From: an uncultured bacterium
Lineage (GTDB): Bacteria > Zixibacteria > MSB-5A5 > CAIYYT01
NCBI GenBank assembly: GCA_963698225.1
Contig: CAVOPW010000014.1
Span: 14,033 to 78,032, forward strand
Length of the DNA: 64,000 nt
Direction of reading: 5' to 3'
Shown: in pieces, positions 10,198 to 23,596 of the stretch
Position numbering within the stretch: the first letter of the stretch is position 1
Layout of the letters: every line of letters starts with the position of its first letter
The notes under the pieces: generated by a model
What the model was told of the DNA's origin: nothing
The model's input: the letters and a program-made list of their open reading frames with translations, nothing else
The model's database searches: none
Translations under genes and position numbers: made by a program

Positions 10198-10793
10198 ATC
10201 GCCCTTGCCAGATGGCGGATGTCTTCACGCAGCTTTGTCAACTCGTCCTCGTCGTTGTACGAATAGTATCCGCGAATTTGGCCCGATTCATCCACAAGTA
10301 TCAGATACGAGGGATGATTCGACGGCAGATCGCTCGCGTCGAGCATGAAACCGTGCTCGATGAGGGATGCCACATCGACGAGCGGCCCGCGCGCAAACTG
10401 CCAGCGCTCATCGTTAACGCCGAAGTCGGCCGCATACCGTTGCAGGACTGCGAGCGAGTCATAGTCGGGATCAACGGTGACCGAGAGGAATCGTACTTTA
10501 TCGGAGCCACGGTAGAGGTCGTACATCTTCCGAATATTCGTTGACATAGTCGGACAGACTCCCTGGCAGCGTGTGAACATGAAATTGACGACATGTAAGC
10601 GGCCATTGAGGTCGGCGCGTGAGATTTCCGTTCCGGCGCTCGAGGTGAGCCTAAAAGCCGGGACTTCACTAAGCACCGGCAAGCGGCTGCGTGATTGCTC
10701 GGCCGAATTGACGACGAAAGCTGCAATGACGGCAAGCAACACGACCAGCGGCACACCCCAGATTAGCAAAGTTGGCTTGTTTCTTGCCATCAT
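10194..10793 (-). CDS. SCO1/SenC copper chaperone (thioredoxin fold)
   Basis: N-terminal membrane anchor, CxxxC motif (FTRCQGVCPT), thioredoxin-like length. It lies within the oxidase cluster and has a 4-nt overlap with ctaA. Confidence 0.85.
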   Translation of the reverse strand: MMARNKPTLLIWGVPLVVLLAVIAAFVVNSAEQSRSRLPVLSEVPAFRLTSSAGTEISRADLNGRLHVVNFMFTRCQGVCPTMSTNIRKMYDLYRGSDKVRFLSVTVDPDYDSLAVLQRYAADFGVNDERWQFARGPLVDVASLIEHGFMLDASDLPSNHPSYLILVDESGQIRGYYSYNDEDELTKLREDIRHLARAM

Positions 10794-11719
10794 CGCTCCC
10801 CTACCCGTCTGACTGCGGCAAAAAGCACTAACAGCGTCCCGATGAACAATGAAGCAACCCAGACGTGGAACAGCTGCAGCAGCGGCGGGAGCGCCACCGC
10901 GATCAGGCCCGTCCCGAGCGACATCTGCACAGCCACGAGCACGATGAGACTCCAGACGCTGATCTTGACGATCGGGTCTGGCCTGGGCGTCGTTCGATAG
11001 ACCAAAACGCCAACCGCAAATGCCATCGCGGCAACGACGACTCCAAGAAGCAGGTGGGCGTATTTCACCCCACCGACCAAAGCGAGCAATTCGTGATCGG
11101 TCGCCAGCGGATTTGTCACGATCAAGGATTCAATGTCAGCGCGAACATTGGCACCGACGATAATCTGCATAACGGTGAGTATCCACAAGGTCGCGATGGC
11201 GACGGAGACCGAGCCGGGATAGACAACCGCCGGTGCCGAATCGGACTCTTCGATGTAGAATGCTTGCTGTGCTACATAAGTCATCAGACTGACAATCATC
11301 AACGCCAGTACCAGATGGATCGATACTGCCAACGAATGTAATTCCGACAGGACAACTTGTCCCCCCTGCCAGCCCTGAAACGCGATCAGCAGCGCAGCAC
11401 CGATCGACGGATACAGTATTCGCGGCGTCCGGCGATATTGCACGATCGCCAGAATTGCCGTCGCGGCAATGAACAATCCGAGAATCATGCCGGAAAGGCG
11501 GTTCAGATACTCGATCCACGCCAGCGTGTAGTTGAATGTAGCCGGATTGACTGAAGCCGGCAAATCGGAAGCAGTCAGCGGCGGAATCCAGCCGCCGAAA
11601 CATCTCGGCCAGTCAGGACAACCCAACCCGGCGCCGGAAACTCGAACCAGGCCGCCGGCGAAAATCACGATATAAGTGCCAATGGTAGAGAGAAGCGCGA
11701 AACGTCGGAATAGGGTCAT
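10790..11719 (-). CDS. ctaA: heme A synthase (COX15/CtaA)
   Basis: 309 aa and polytopic. The N-terminal motif GGLVRVSGAGLGCPDWPRCFG is diagnostic of CtaA/COX15. Confidence 0.9.
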   Translation of the reverse strand: MTLFRRFALLSTIGTYIVIFAGGLVRVSGAGLGCPDWPRCFGGWIPPLTASDLPASVNPATFNYTLAWIEYLNRLSGMILGLFIAATAILAIVQYRRTPRILYPSIGAALLIAFQGWQGGQVVLSELHSLAVSIHLVLALMIVSLMTYVAQQAFYIEESDSAPAVVYPGSVSVAIATLWILTVMQIIVGANVRADIESLIVTNPLATDHELLALVGGVKYAHLLLGVVVAAMAFAVGVLVYRTTPRPDPIVKISVWSLIVLVAVQMSLGTGLIAVALPPLLQLFHVWVASLFIGTLLVLFAAVRRVGER

Positions 11720-11795
11720 TTCATCTTACCGTAATATCGCATGATTTGTCCACTCTGCGGACAATAATAGAAATTGCCTTCGAAGAAAGCAAGCA

Positions 11796-12296
11796 TTAAT
11801 GACCGGAGCTGTTGGTGGCCGGCGTGGGAGTTGCAGAGGTGGCAGCCGAATCGGAAACAGCCTTGGTCGAATCGACCTTGACGGAATCAACCTTCGCTCC
11901 AGCACTGTCATGTCCAGCGGCGCCTTTGTTGAAGGCAGGGGAATTGTACATCTCGGCGCGCGGATTGATCGGATTAATGCGCATCTCCTCAATGTCGCCG
12001 CGACGCGCGGTATCAAACATCGTGAAGACGATAAATACAGTCAGACAGAGAAGACAAACGGTGAATGCGATGAAGAACAGCTTGTTGTCATACCACAAGT
12101 GCATGAAGAAGAATGCCACGAGCAGAGCCTTGATCGAGGCGATGGCGAGCGCAATGACAATATTGAATCCACCGAAGTCATGGAGCGAGACTTCCACCGT
12201 CACAAAGGTGAGTAACAGCAAGGCGGCACCGATGCCGAGATAAACCTTGAGCGGCAATATATGATGATGCGATTGACTGGCTGCGCTTGAACTCAT
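11796..12296 (-). CDS. cytochrome c oxidase subunit IV (prokaryotic COX4 family) with a low-complexity C-terminal extension
   Basis: The core LKVYLGIGAALLLLTFVTVEVS...ASIKALLVAFFFMHLWYD matches the bacterial subunit IV family. About 70 extra residues rich in Ala/Ser/Thr follow. It lies directly after subunit III. Confidence 0.8.
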   Translation of the reverse strand: MSSSAASQSHHHILPLKVYLGIGAALLLLTFVTVEVSLHDFGGFNIVIALAIASIKALLVAFFFMHLWYDNKLFFIAFTVCLLCLTVFIVFTMFDTARRGDIEEMRINPINPRAEMYNSPAFNKGAAGHDSAGAKVDSVKVDSTKAVSDSAATSATPTPATNSSGH

Positions 12297-12300
12297 GCTC

Positions 12301-12957
12301 CTACCCTATCAAATACAACAGTGGGAAAAGGAAAATCCAGATTAAGTCGACCAGATGCCAATAGAGGCCGGTCATTTCAATCGGTGTATAGTATTCAGCG
12401 GAAATCGTCCCGCGAACCGTACGAATCATCATCCAGACGATCAATCCCATGCCCCCAAGCACGTGGAACCCGTGCAGGCCGGTCATGGCAAAGTAAATAC
12501 TGAAGAAGACATGCGGATTGTTGCCTTCCAGGCCGGTGTAAGTGTAGTATTTACCCGGAAGCTGGCCGAGGTGGATCTTGTGTTCATATTCGAAGTACTT
12601 AATGACCAGGAAAGTCGCGGCAAACATCAGGGTCGCCGCAAGAAACCACAGCGTGTGCTTGCGATTGTTCAACTGCATCGAGCGAATTGCGAGCGCCATT
12701 GTAACGGAACTACTGATCAGTACGACTGTGTTAATCGACCCAAGCACGACATTGAGCTGCTTGTGGGCTTCCCAGAACATATCCGGATACCAGGCGCGGA
12801 ACACTGCATAGGCGCAGAACAGGCCGCCGAAGAGCAGGATTTCCGTCAACAGGAACAACCAGGTACCAAGCTTTGCGGCCTCCGCCTGCTGGGCAGAGTC
12901 GTGGAAGTGGTGCTGAAGGTGCGCCGGTTGACCGTGGGCCGTGTGATGAGTCGACAT
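12301..12957 (-). CDS. ctaE: cytochrome c oxidase subunit III
   Basis: 218 aa with 5-7 helices, carrying the motifs GTWLFLLTEILLFGGLF and TGLHGFHVLGG typical of heme-copper oxidase subunit III. Confidence 0.93.
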   Translation of the reverse strand: MSTHHTAHGQPAHLQHHFHDSAQQAEAAKLGTWLFLLTEILLFGGLFCAYAVFRAWYPDMFWEAHKQLNVVLGSINTVVLISSSVTMALAIRSMQLNNRKHTLWFLAATLMFAATFLVIKYFEYEHKIHLGQLPGKYYTYTGLEGNNPHVFFSIYFAMTGLHGFHVLGGMGLIVWMMIRTVRGTISAEYYTPIEMTGLYWHLVDLIWIFLFPLLYLIG

Positions 12958-12965
12958 CGCGTTAC

Positions 12966-14579
12966 CTACCTTGTTTCCTTGACGACAATCTTGTCGTAAT
13001 CATATGGGCCGTGCGACGCCACCGGATCGTGATGGAAATTCTCGGTCGGCGGGGGCGAGGTAGTTGCCCACTCCATCGTCAAGGAACCCCACGGATTGTC
13101 GCCCGCCGGCTTGCCCTTGAAGATTGCCTGTATCAGATAAAACGCCATGACTACGAAACCGGCGCCGATGACAAAGGCTCCAATTGATGAAAAACCGTGC
13201 AGTCCCTGATACTGCTCGACATAGGTATAATAGCGGCGCGGCATGCCTTGCGATCCCATAATGAACTGGGTGAAGAAGGTCATGTTGAATCCGATGAAAA
13301 TCAGGGCGCAGGCGATGCGTGCCCAGAATTCGCTGTACATTCTCCCCCAGATCTTCGGCCACCAATAATGCAGGCCGGCCAGGAAGGCCATGACCGTGCC
13401 GCCCATCATTACATAGTGGAAGTGGGCCACGACAAAGTAGGTGTCGTGCAAATGAATATCGACCGAAAGCGCTCCGAGCATGATGCCTGTCACACCACCA
13501 ATCGTGAATAGGAACAAGAAGCTAAGAGTGTACAGCATCGGCGAATCGAGTGAAATCTGACCCTTGTACATGGTTGCCAGCCAGTTGAAGACCTTGATAC
13601 CCGAGGGTATGCCAACGATGAATGTCAAGAATGAGAAAATAACTGCGGCAAGTTCCGATTGTCCGGAAGTGAACATGTGGTGTCCCCAGACGAGGAAACT
13701 AACGAGCGCGATGCCCAAGCTTGAAAAAGCAATTGCTTTATATCCGAAGATCTTCTTATGCGAGAAAGTGGCGATCGTTTCAGAGATAATCGCCATGCCG
13801 GGAAGAATCATGATGTATACCGCCGGATGCGAATAGAACCAGAAGAAATGCTGGAACAGGACTGGATCGCCGCCCAGCGCCGGGTCAAAAATTCCGATGC
13901 CCAGCAGGCGTTCCAGAATCAATAGGACTAACGTGATAGCCAACACCGGCGTAGCCAGAATCTGCAAAATTGCCGTGGCGTAAATCCCCCAGCAGAACAG
14001 CGGCATGCTGAACCAGGTCATTCCCGGCGCGCGCATCTTGTGGATAGTCACAATGAAATTCATGCCGGTGAAGATCGAGGAGAAACCGAGAATAAACACG
14101 CCCAGAACCATGGAGATAACGGCCGTGTTTGTGGTCGTTGAGTACGGAGTATAAAATGTCCAGCCGGTGTCGACCGCATTGGTGATGGCCGAGAACAGGA
14201 CAAACAGCGCGCCGAAGACGTAGACATACCAGCTTGCCAGATTCAGCCGCGGGAATGCAACATCTTTTGTCCCCAGCATCAGCGGCAGAACGAAGTTGCC
14301 CAGGGCGGCCGGAATCGATGGAATGATGAACAGGAAGATCATTATCGCGCCGTGGAGCGTGAACATCTTGTTGTATGTGTCATGCGCCATCAAATCCTGC
14401 GCGGGCGTCAGCAATTCCCAGCGGATCAGCAGTGCAAAAATGCCACCTACCAGAAAGAAGAACATGATGGCGAACAGGTACATCAGTCCGATGCGCTTGT
14501 GGTCGCGTGTGAGCAGCCAGGACTTCAGCCCTTTCGGCGTATTGAGATAGTTTTCTGCAGGAATGGCGTTGTTTGTCAT
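12966..14579 (-). CDS. ctaD: cytochrome c oxidase subunit I (A-type heme-copper oxidase)
   Basis: 537 aa with canonical motifs including [20 protein letters not shown] and [11 protein letters not shown]. Intact frame. Confidence 0.97.
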   Translation of the reverse strand: MTNNAIPAENYLNTPKGLKSWLLTRDHKRIGLMYLFAIMFFFLVGGIFALLIRWELLTPAQDLMAHDTYNKMFTLHGAIMIFLFIIPSIPAALGNFVLPLMLGTKDVAFPRLNLASWYVYVFGALFVLFSAITNAVDTGWTFYTPYSTTTNTAVISMVLGVFILGFSSIFTGMNFIVTIHKMRAPGMTWFSMPLFCWGIYATAILQILATPVLAITLVLLILERLLGIGIFDPALGGDPVLFQHFFWFYSHPAVYIMILPGMAIISETIATFSHKKIFGYKAIAFSSLGIALVSFLVWGHHMFTSGQSELAAVIFSFLTFIVGIPSGIKVFNWLATMYKGQISLDSPMLYTLSFLFLFTIGGVTGIMLGALSVDIHLHDTYFVVAHFHYVMMGGTVMAFLAGLHYWWPKIWGRMYSEFWARIACALIFIGFNMTFFTQFIMGSQGMPRRYYTYVEQYQGLHGFSSIGAFVIGAGFVVMAFYLIQAIFKGKPAGDNPWGSLTMEWATTSPPPTENFHHDPVASHGPYDYDKIVVKETR

Positions 14580-15532
14580 GGTTTGCTTTCTTGTTCCAAC
14601 GACCTGATATATTCGATGAGCGCATCAAGTTGTTTATCCTTGAGAAGCCCCTGATATGTCGGCATCACCGGTTGATATCCTTTGACGACCTTCGCTTTCG
14701 GTTCCAATATCGATTCACGGATATAGTTCTCGTCAACAATCACTGAACCGCCGGACTCAAGCTCGGCGCTATGACCGAAGATCCCCTTGAAGCTGGGACC
14801 GGTCCCGGCCTTGCCATCGACTGAATGACAAGTTATGCAGGCCTTCTGCTGATAGAGCTTGGCGCCATAGTCGGCGATCGATTCACCAGGAGCGGGACCG
14901 GATGATTTTTCGATCCAATCATTGTATTGGGCCGTCGTCACAACCCGCACCTTGCCGAGCATTTCGGAGTGCTTGGTTCCGCAATACTCCGTACAGAATA
15001 GATTGTAGCTTCCGGTGTCGGTGGCTTCGAACCAGACCATGGAGTACCGGTTCGGCAGGACATCGTTCTTGATTCGGAAGCTGGGCACATAGAAACTGTG
15101 GATCACATCGCGCGACGACATCAGCAGTTTGACCGGTCTATCAACCGGCACCACGAGTTCGTTTACACTGCTGGTCCCTTCGGCGTAATCAAACGACCAG
15201 AACCACTTTTGCGCGGTAACCTTGACCTGCATTGACTGTCCGGGCGCAACGTGCAGGCGAATGAAATCCTTGAAACCCCACGCAAAGATGATGAAGACCA
15301 CGATGGTTGGAATCACGGTCCAGACGATCTCAACGGTCAGATTGTGGTCGACGCCGGAGGTCGTTGTCGCGGCACCGCGGCGGCGATAGCGCACGATGAA
15401 GAAGATTATGGCGGCGGTGACCAGCGCCAGCAATATCGCCGACGAGAGATAAATGAAATTGAACAGCGCATCAATATCGCCGGCCATCGTCGAATGTGGA
15501 GTTGGTAGAAATAAGCTGCCCGTCTTGTCCAT
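14576..15532 (-). CDS. ctaC: cytochrome c oxidase subunit II fused to a C-terminal cytochrome c domain (caa3-type)
   Basis: Two N-terminal helices. CuA site HSFYVPSF...[13 protein letters not shown]-terminal heme c motif CITCHS. It overlaps subunit I by 4 nt. Confidence 0.95.
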   Translation of the reverse strand: MDKTGSLFLPTPHSTMAGDIDALFNFIYLSSAILLALVTAAIIFFIVRYRRRGAATTTSGVDHNLTVEIVWTVIPTIVVFIIFAWGFKDFIRLHVAPGQSMQVKVTAQKWFWSFDYAEGTSSVNELVVPVDRPVKLLMSSRDVIHSFYVPSFRIKNDVLPNRYSMVWFEATDTGSYNLFCTEYCGTKHSEMLGKVRVVTTAQYNDWIEKSSGPAPGESIADYGAKLYQQKACITCHSVDGKAGTGPSFKGIFGHSAELESGGSVIVDENYIRESILEPKAKVVKGYQPVMPTYQGLLKDKQLDALIEYIRSLEQESKP

Positions 15533-15569
15533 AATCCTCTAATACGAATCCGTCATCAGATTTTCCATG

Positions 15570-16415
15570 TTACGCCGCCGAACCGACCGTTCGCTGTGCG
15601 CGTTCGCGCGCCCAGAAAATGCTTAAGAATATTGTGACAATGATTAAGGTCAACAGCCCGCCGAGTTTCATGACATTGCCGGCCATCACGACGTAACCCT
15701 TCGCGGCCGGATCGTAGTGGAAGCAATAGAGAATTAGGCGGTCAAGAGTGGATCCGATCTTGCCTTCGGAAGCTTCGAGCAAAGCCAGTTTTAAATCGCG
15801 TTCCTTAAACTCGAGCCCGTAAAGATAGCGTGATATTACGCCATCTTCGGTGATCACAAAGGCGCCGGCGGCATGCGCATATTCCTTGCGTTCTTCATCA
15901 TAATAGTACTGGAAACCGATGGCATTGGCAAGGGCGCGGGACTGGCTTTCCTCACCGACAAAGAACCGCCAGCCGTCATTTCTGCCTTTCTCGCCGAGAT
16001 TCTCCATATAGCGCGTGCGCTTGGCGCTTGCCAGGGTTGCGGTCTCACTGGGATTGATGCTGATGGTCAGGACGGTGAAGTCCTTTTCCGGCGTCAGACT
16101 CAAGCCGCGAATGCCGTCACTAAGACCATTGAGGACCATCGTGCACAGCATCGGGCAATTGTAGTAGGCCAGGGTCACAATCACCGGCTTACCCTGATGA
16201 AAGTAGTCTCCCAACTTAACTGTATCACCGGTATCATTAACAAAAGTCAGATCGAGTGGAATCGTCTGCCCCAGGTGTTCAACGATGTCGATTTTCTGCA
16301 GTTCCGGCACACTGTCGCGAATAACCTGCGCGAACAAGTGCGACTGGATGATTGAGATAAAGACCAGAACGAAGGCGATGATGAAGATTCGCTGATTTCT
16401 TTGATTCATCTCCAA
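15570..16415 (-). CDS. SCO1/SenC-family protein (second copy) with N- and C-terminal membrane helices
   Basis: CxxxC motif in LAYYNCPMLCTMV, thioredoxin-like core, terminal hydrophobic helix LGGLLTLIIVTIFLSIFW. It lies between the ACIII and oxidase genes. Confidence 0.75.
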   Translation of the reverse strand: MEMNQRNQRIFIIAFVLVFISIIQSHLFAQVIRDSVPELQKIDIVEHLGQTIPLDLTFVNDTGDTVKLGDYFHQGKPVIVTLAYYNCPMLCTMVLNGLSDGIRGLSLTPEKDFTVLTISINPSETATLASAKRTRYMENLGEKGRNDGWRFFVGEESQSRALANAIGFQYYYDEERKEYAHAAGAFVITEDGVISRYLYGLEFKERDLKLALLEASEGKIGSTLDRLILYCFHYDPAAKGYVVMAGNVMKLGGLLTLIIVTIFLSIFWARERAQRTVGSAA

Positions 16416-16765
16416 TTTATTCCCGTCGTTCTGTTCGCGAAGGCCTCGTCGGCGTAAACTTTCATTGCCCGCTCTATCGGAATCTGGTACACGCCCTTCT
16501 GCGGGTCGAGCAACTTGTAGGTGCCCAGTACCGCGTCTTCCTTGGCGCGCAAGTCACGAAGCGTAATTGATACAGGTTTCAGAACAACATCCGTGATAAG
16601 CTGTTCCTTCTCGTGGACAAATATCTCATCGACAAACAGGACACTAACGACCAAGAATATCACGATTATGACGGTCGCAATCAGGATCTTGGTGACGTTG
16701 ATGTCTTTCTTTTCGTAGCCTGCGGAGTTATCCGGCTGATGATGCTTGTCGTGTGATTGACTCAT
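16406..16765 (-). CDS. single-pass membrane protein of unknown function in the ACIII-oxidase cluster
   Basis: 119 aa with one helix (ILIATVIIVIFLVVSVLFV). It is tightly packed between actF and SCO, with a 10-nt overlap downstream. No family recognised. Confidence 0.55.
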   Translation of the reverse strand: MSQSHDKHHQPDNSAGYEKKDINVTKILIATVIIVIFLVVSVLFVDEIFVHEKEQLITDVVLKPVSITLRDLRAKEDAVLGTYKLLDPQKGVYQIPIERAMKVYADEAFANRTTGINWR

Positions 16766-16774
16766 TGTCTTGCC

Positions 16775-17959
16775 TTACTGATTCATGAATCTTATTGAAG
16801 CCGGCAGTTTCGGATCACCGACCGGCACAATCGGGCCGGAAATGAACCTGGTCCAGAAGTACCAGACAAATGGTCCCCCGATCGCCAATAATGCAGTGAG
16901 ATCCACCCAGGAAAAATGCGGACCGTGGTGGTGCAAATTCGGAATGATCAGCCAATACAGGTCGATGTAGTGTATCACCAGCATAAACGACGCGACGAAA
17001 AGCAGAAAATTACCGGAGCGCTTCGCAGCACGCGTAATCAGCATAAGAAACGGAAGGCAGAAATGGCCGATGACAATTAACAGCGTAATCGTCTTCCATG
17101 AACCTTCCCAGCGATGCCTGTACCAAATCGTCTCTTCCGGAATGTTGGCATACCAAATCAGGAAGTACTGTGAAAACGCCATGTATGCCCAGAAAACGAT
17201 GAACGCAAACATCAATTTGGCAAGGTCGTGATAGTGTTCCGGGGTCACCGTCTCCCGCAACACATTGCTCTTGTGCAGATAGATGACAAAAATGAGGGTC
17301 ACGGCCATCGCCGACATCGCGGCACCGGCAAAGTAGTACGCTCCAAAAATAGTCGAGTACCAGTGCGCATCAAGGGACATGATCCAATCGATGGCCGCAA
17401 AGGTCGTGGTCAACGCGAATAGTATCATTCCCGGTGCACTAATCCTGCGCCAGGTTGTGGTAATGCTGATGTCATGACCGCCATCCTGCTTGCGCGACAG
17501 GCGATAGAGTCTTACCGCCAGGAATGTCCAAATGCTGAAATAGATTAATGTGCGCAGCAGGAAGAACCCTGTATTCAAGTATCCACTCTTGCTTTTCAAG
17601 AGATGGTCAGCGGCAACCTGCGTGGAATCGCTCCATTGGAAGAGACTGCTCATTCCCAGAGCAACCGGGATGAAGAAGATCAGCAGGACCGGCAGCGAGA
17701 ACATCAAGGTCTCGATGATGCGCCGCACCACAACGCTCCAAGTTGCATCCACCAGATGATGAATCATTGTGAAGAAGAGCCCTCCCAAACCAATACTTGT
17801 CCAGAAAACGAATGCCGTCAAGTACGAATAGAAGAACTGCTTCGGATCGACGAAGTAGGCGCCAATACAACCGGCTATGCCGGCGATTCCGACCCCCAGA
17901 GCGATCGTCCCGAGCTTACCGGCTTCACTAACTCGATATGTCTGTGCGTCAAATCTCAT
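16775..17959 (-). CDS. actF: Alternative Complex III subunit ActF (NrfD/PsrC-like polytopic membrane subunit)
   Basis: 394 aa with about 10 helices. It occupies the last position of the actABCDEF order. Confidence 0.8.
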   Translation of the reverse strand: MRFDAQTYRVSEAGKLGTIALGVGIAGIAGCIGAYFVDPKQFFYSYLTAFVFWTSIGLGGLFFTMIHHLVDATWSVVVRRIIETLMFSLPVLLIFFIPVALGMSSLFQWSDSTQVAADHLLKSKSGYLNTGFFLLRTLIYFSIWTFLAVRLYRLSRKQDGGHDISITTTWRRISAPGMILFALTTTFAAIDWIMSLDAHWYSTIFGAYYFAGAAMSAMAVTLIFVIYLHKSNVLRETVTPEHYHDLAKLMFAFIVFWAYMAFSQYFLIWYANIPEETIWYRHRWEGSWKTITLLIVIGHFCLPFLMLITRAAKRSGNFLLFVASFMLVIHYIDLYWLIIPNLHHHGPHFSWVDLTALLAIGGPFVWYFWTRFISGPIVPVGDPKLPASIRFMNQ

Positions 17960-17977
17960 TGGTCTGCTTCACTATCC

Positions 17978-18601
17978 CTACTTAATTGATCCGCGCATCT
18001 CGACCGGCACATCTTCCAGCGACGCATTCTGACTGCGCTGCAATGCCCGGAAGTAGGCCACGACTGCCCAGCGGTCTTCAACCGGAATCTGCGCCTTGTA
18101 AGAGGGCATATTACGAATACCATTGGTGATTACATCAAATATGTGGCCATCCCCGACTTTGCGCAGACGCTCTTCATGGAAACTTGGCGGCGGCAACATA
18201 CCGCGCTGCACAACGATGCCTCGCCCATCGCCGATGCGGCTGTGACAAGGCGCGCAATAGATATTGTAGCGTTGTTGTCCGCGCTCGATGAGCTGCATTG
18301 TCACCGCTACCGGGATCTTGGCGATGACACTGTCGATAGCATCCCGGCCGCGCCAATAAGCATCATCCGCGTGCAATTCGCCGCGAGCGATGGTGCCGGC
18401 AACCGGCTTGCGCATGGTCATGCCATCTTCAAAAAAACGGCTTTCAGATTGCGGAAGATATTTCTGCTGTCGATCCATGTTTGAATTGAGATGGATCGGC
18501 GTATTTTCCGACGGGCGACCACGCGTGCAACCGAGGGAAACGGCAATCGCAAGGCAAGCCGCTGCAGCAACCAGGAGCATCTGTCTCGCGGTCAGCTTCA
18601 C
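17978..18601 (-). CDS. actE: Alternative Complex III subunit ActE (monoheme cytochrome c lipoprotein)
   Basis: Lipobox-like AVSLGC and a single heme motif CAPCHS. Its position after actD fits the ACIII gene order. Confidence 0.85.
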   Translation of the reverse strand: MKLTARQMLLVAAAACLAIAVSLGCTRGRPSENTPIHLNSNMDRQQKYLPQSESRFFEDGMTMRKPVAGTIARGELHADDAYWRGRDAIDSVIAKIPVAVTMQLIERGQQRYNIYCAPCHSRIGDGRGIVVQRGMLPPPSFHEERLRKVGDGHIFDVITNGIRNMPSYKAQIPVEDRWAVVAYFRALQRSQNASLEDVPVEMRGSIK

Positions 18602-19142
18602 TCTTTCACCTCGATCGTCTCGATATTCTTGCCGCCGATGCTCTTGAGGAATTCGCCGGTGCGTACGGCATCAAATTTCGGATCCGCCGCATCGATACTG
18701 ACGAAGAATCCGTCATCGGAAAAGCGTCGGAAATTCTTTGACTCAAAGAGCGGATGAAACAATTGTGGCAGCCGGTTGATTGCCAGCATGGAGAAGGTCG
18801 CCGTAATAGCCGAGGTCAATACGGTCACGGCAAAGGCCACCGGGACAAAAGCCTGGAAACTAAAAAACGGTTTGCCGGAGATTACCATCGGGTAGTCGAC
18901 GGCGGATACCCAGTAGATGAACCCGGAAATACCGAGGAATCCAAAGAGGGCCGCCGTGCCAACGATGTATCCCACCGGCGACCGCTTGAGACCCATCGCC
19001 TTGTCCATGCCATGAATCGGAAACGGCGAGTGACAATCAAATTTCCGGAAACCGCCGTCGCGGACTCGTTCGGCTGCATGCATCAGGTCGGCTGGCGTTT
19101 CGAATTCGGCAATGACCGCCTTGACGCGGTTGGCAACGACTG

Positions 19143-19146
<4 letters not shown>
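18598..19146 (-). CDS. actD: Alternative Complex III subunit ActD
   Basis: 182 aa with a soluble N-terminal part plus helices. It has 4-nt overlaps with both actC and actE. Assigned mainly by conserved position. Confidence 0.75.
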
Positions 19147-20593
<1,447 letters not shown>

Positions 20594-20616
20594 ATCAATT
20601 TTCCTTACCGATCAAT

Positions 20617-23596
20617 CTATCCGTGATGCTCAACCGCGCCGGCGGTAACCAGGTCGGGATGCGGATTGCGAATCCGCGCCAGATAGGTTAACCGGGGTTT
20701 CACATTCAATTCTGCCAGCATCGCGTAGTTGCGATTCTGCGCCTTTATCTTGTTAACCCGGCTGTTCGGGTCAATAATGTTCCCAAAAGTCAGCGCCGAA
20801 GTCGGGCACGCTTGTTGGCACGCGGTGGTAATATCACCATCGCGAACTTCGCGGCTCTCAAGCTTCGATTTGATCCGCGCCTCGCTGATGCGCTGGACGC
20901 AGAAAGTGCACTTTTCCATTACTCCGCGGAAGCGCACGGTCACATCCGGATTCATCGCCATCTTGACAACTTCCGGTGTGTCCTTGGTAAAGTTGAAATA
21001 GTTGAAGCGGCGGACTTTGTACGGGCAGTTATTGGAGCAGTACCGCGTTCCAATACACCGATTGTAAACCATGACGTTGAGGCCCTCCTTGTCATGGACC
21101 GTCGCTGCCACCGGACAAACCTGTTCACATGGGGCGTTTTCGCAATGCTGGCACATGACCGGTTGGTGCACCATTTCGGCGTCTTCCACAGAACCGGAAA
21201 AGTAGCGGTCGATGCGAATCCAGTGCATTTCCCTGCCTTTGGAGACTTGCGTCTTGCCAACGATCGGAATGTTGTTTTCGCTCTGACAGGCCAGCGTGCA
21301 TGCACCGCAGCCGGTACAGCTGTTGAGATCGACAGCCATACCCCATTGATTGCCCTGAGTGTAGCTGTGTTCATCCCAAAGTGACTCGAGCGGCGGATGT
21401 TCCACCATTTCTTGTGCAAACTTCGGATCTTTGCGAAATTCTTCGAGAGTCGCTTCACGTACGAGCGGGCGGCCCTCCATCGACCAGTGATCTTGTGCAC
21501 AGGCGATGAAGTACTCGCGGTTGAGCTTGGTGATCGTTGCGCCAGACGCAATGTCGCAGGCATCGCTGGAACGGATCGCATATAAGTCGAAGCCGACCTT
21601 ATCACCAACACGTCCGGAGGAAGTCCGACCGAAGCCCACTTCGACCGTGATTGAATTGTCGGCCTGGCCCGGAACCTGCCAAATCGGCACCTCCATCGAG
21701 CGCCCACCAACGGTCAACTGCACCAGATCACCGCTCTTCAAACCAAGTTGCTTGGCGGTGGCGATGCTGATCATGGCGACATTGTCCCAGGTAATCTTGG
21801 TGATCGGATGCGGCATTTCCATCAGCCAACCATTGTTGGCATATCGGCCATCATGTATCTGCGACGAGCCGGCGAAGACAACTTCAAGCCCCGCGTTCGA
21901 TTGTGGCAGGGCACTCACGGCCGCGGCAACCCGGCCACTGTCAGTGGTTACCGACACCGGCGAATACGCTGATTTTTCCATCAAACCGTCATGCAGCACT
22001 TTGCGCCACCCCGGCTCAAACGAGCCCGGCAACATAGCTCCCCAGGTCTTGCGGACGATATCATAACCGCGTTGGTCTTCGCCAGTAACAACCAGATTCA
22101 GCATTTCGACATTGCTGTGACCGCCAAAAAGCGGTTCGATCATCGGCTGGACGACAGAAGCCGTTCCATCCGAGGACCGGGCATCGCCCCAGGCCTCCAG
22201 ATAGTGGGCCATCGGCACATGCCACTTGACCGCACGCGAGGTTTCATCGCGATATGGTGAAAGATGAATCGTGTTCTCTATCTTGGTCAATGCGCTTCCG
22301 AAATTGAAATCAGCGGGCGCATTGAAGACCGGGTTGCCACCGAGGATCACCAGAGTATTAAGCTGACCCGACGAAATTCTCGCCATTAGTTGCGCCAGCT
22401 CATTGCGATTCGGCAAAGCCGCATCGTCCGGCTGGACATAGACCACGCTGGTGCCGATATTGCCCAAGGCTTCATTAATAGCAAGACACGAGGGCATGAA
22501 CAGCCGCCGGTTGGCGGTACCCGACACAAACGAGTGATTTGCCACGCGACTTCAGGAGATCGGAAGCGACCACCTTCAGCCACTTGGCATCAAACTCGCC
22601 ACTATTAGGAACATTGACGGCCAGAGACAAGCCTTGATTGCGGAGCTCATTGGCCAGCGCCGCCGCAAAGGCAGGAATCCTGGATGACGAAATGCGCAGG
22701 CGGTGATCAGCCGCAGAGCCGGTCAGACTGAATGTGCTCTCGACAACATATAGGCGATTCATCGAATCGTTCTCGGAAGAAATGCGCCGACCTTCGCCAT
22801 ATCCGCGTGAAGCGGAAACATTGTCAAGTTCGCTCTTGAGGAAATCGCAGTCCAGCGACAAGATGACATTGGCTTTCTCGAATGAATACACCGGCTGAAG
22901 CGCGCTGCCAAAGGCAATTTTGGCGCCCTCAAAAACATTCTCGTTGCTGACAGTTTCGTATGTCGCCCACACTGCCTGCGGAAACTTGGCCTTGAATTCC
23001 CTCATTAAATGCGCCATGGTCGGAGAATTGAAAGATTCGCTCAACACCGCCAGGCCGGCACCCTGATTGGCAGTGAAACGGTCAATGGCCGTCCGCCAAA
23101 ATGACACAAAATCCGCCCACGACCGCTCGGCGTTTTTCTCCATGATTCGCTGTGAACGATCCGGATCGTAAAGTCCGAGAATCGAAGCCTGCATAAAGGT
23201 ATTTGAGGCGCCCCGCGTCGACGGATGAAGCTCGTTGCCCTCAATCTTCGTGGGACGTCCTTCGTGGTTTTCCACAAGAAGCCCATAGGCTGTGGTTCCG
23301 AACGGCATCGTCGTGGCATAATATTGCGGAATTCCCGGAATGACATTTTCCGGAGCCGTGACATATGGCAGAATCTTCTCAACCGGCTTGCGGCATCCCG
23401 CAACGCCAGCCAGTGCGATGGAAGCCCCCATGAGGCTCAAGAAAGTGCGGCGATTGACGGTATCGCGTAATTCGGAAGCGCCTTCGGGGAATTCGCGATT
23501 CAGGAATTCCTTGAACTCCGGCGTTTCCGCCAACTGGTCGAGACTGCGCCAGTAGTCCTTACCCGAAAACTCGCCGTTCAACTTCTTGTCGCTCAT
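20617..23596 (-). CDS. actB: Alternative Complex III subunit ActB (molybdopterin-oxidoreductase-like domain fused to a 4-cluster FeS domain), interrupted by one frameshift
   Basis: Fragments 22475..23614 and 20617..22545. Tat-type signal NRRTFLSLMGASIALAGVAGC. FeS motifs CTGCGACTLAC, CQHCENAPCEQVCP and CIGTRYCSNNCP. Junction near 22490 (...VHALV/LAINEALGN). The start atg at 23596 forms ATGA with the actA stop. Confidence 0.9.
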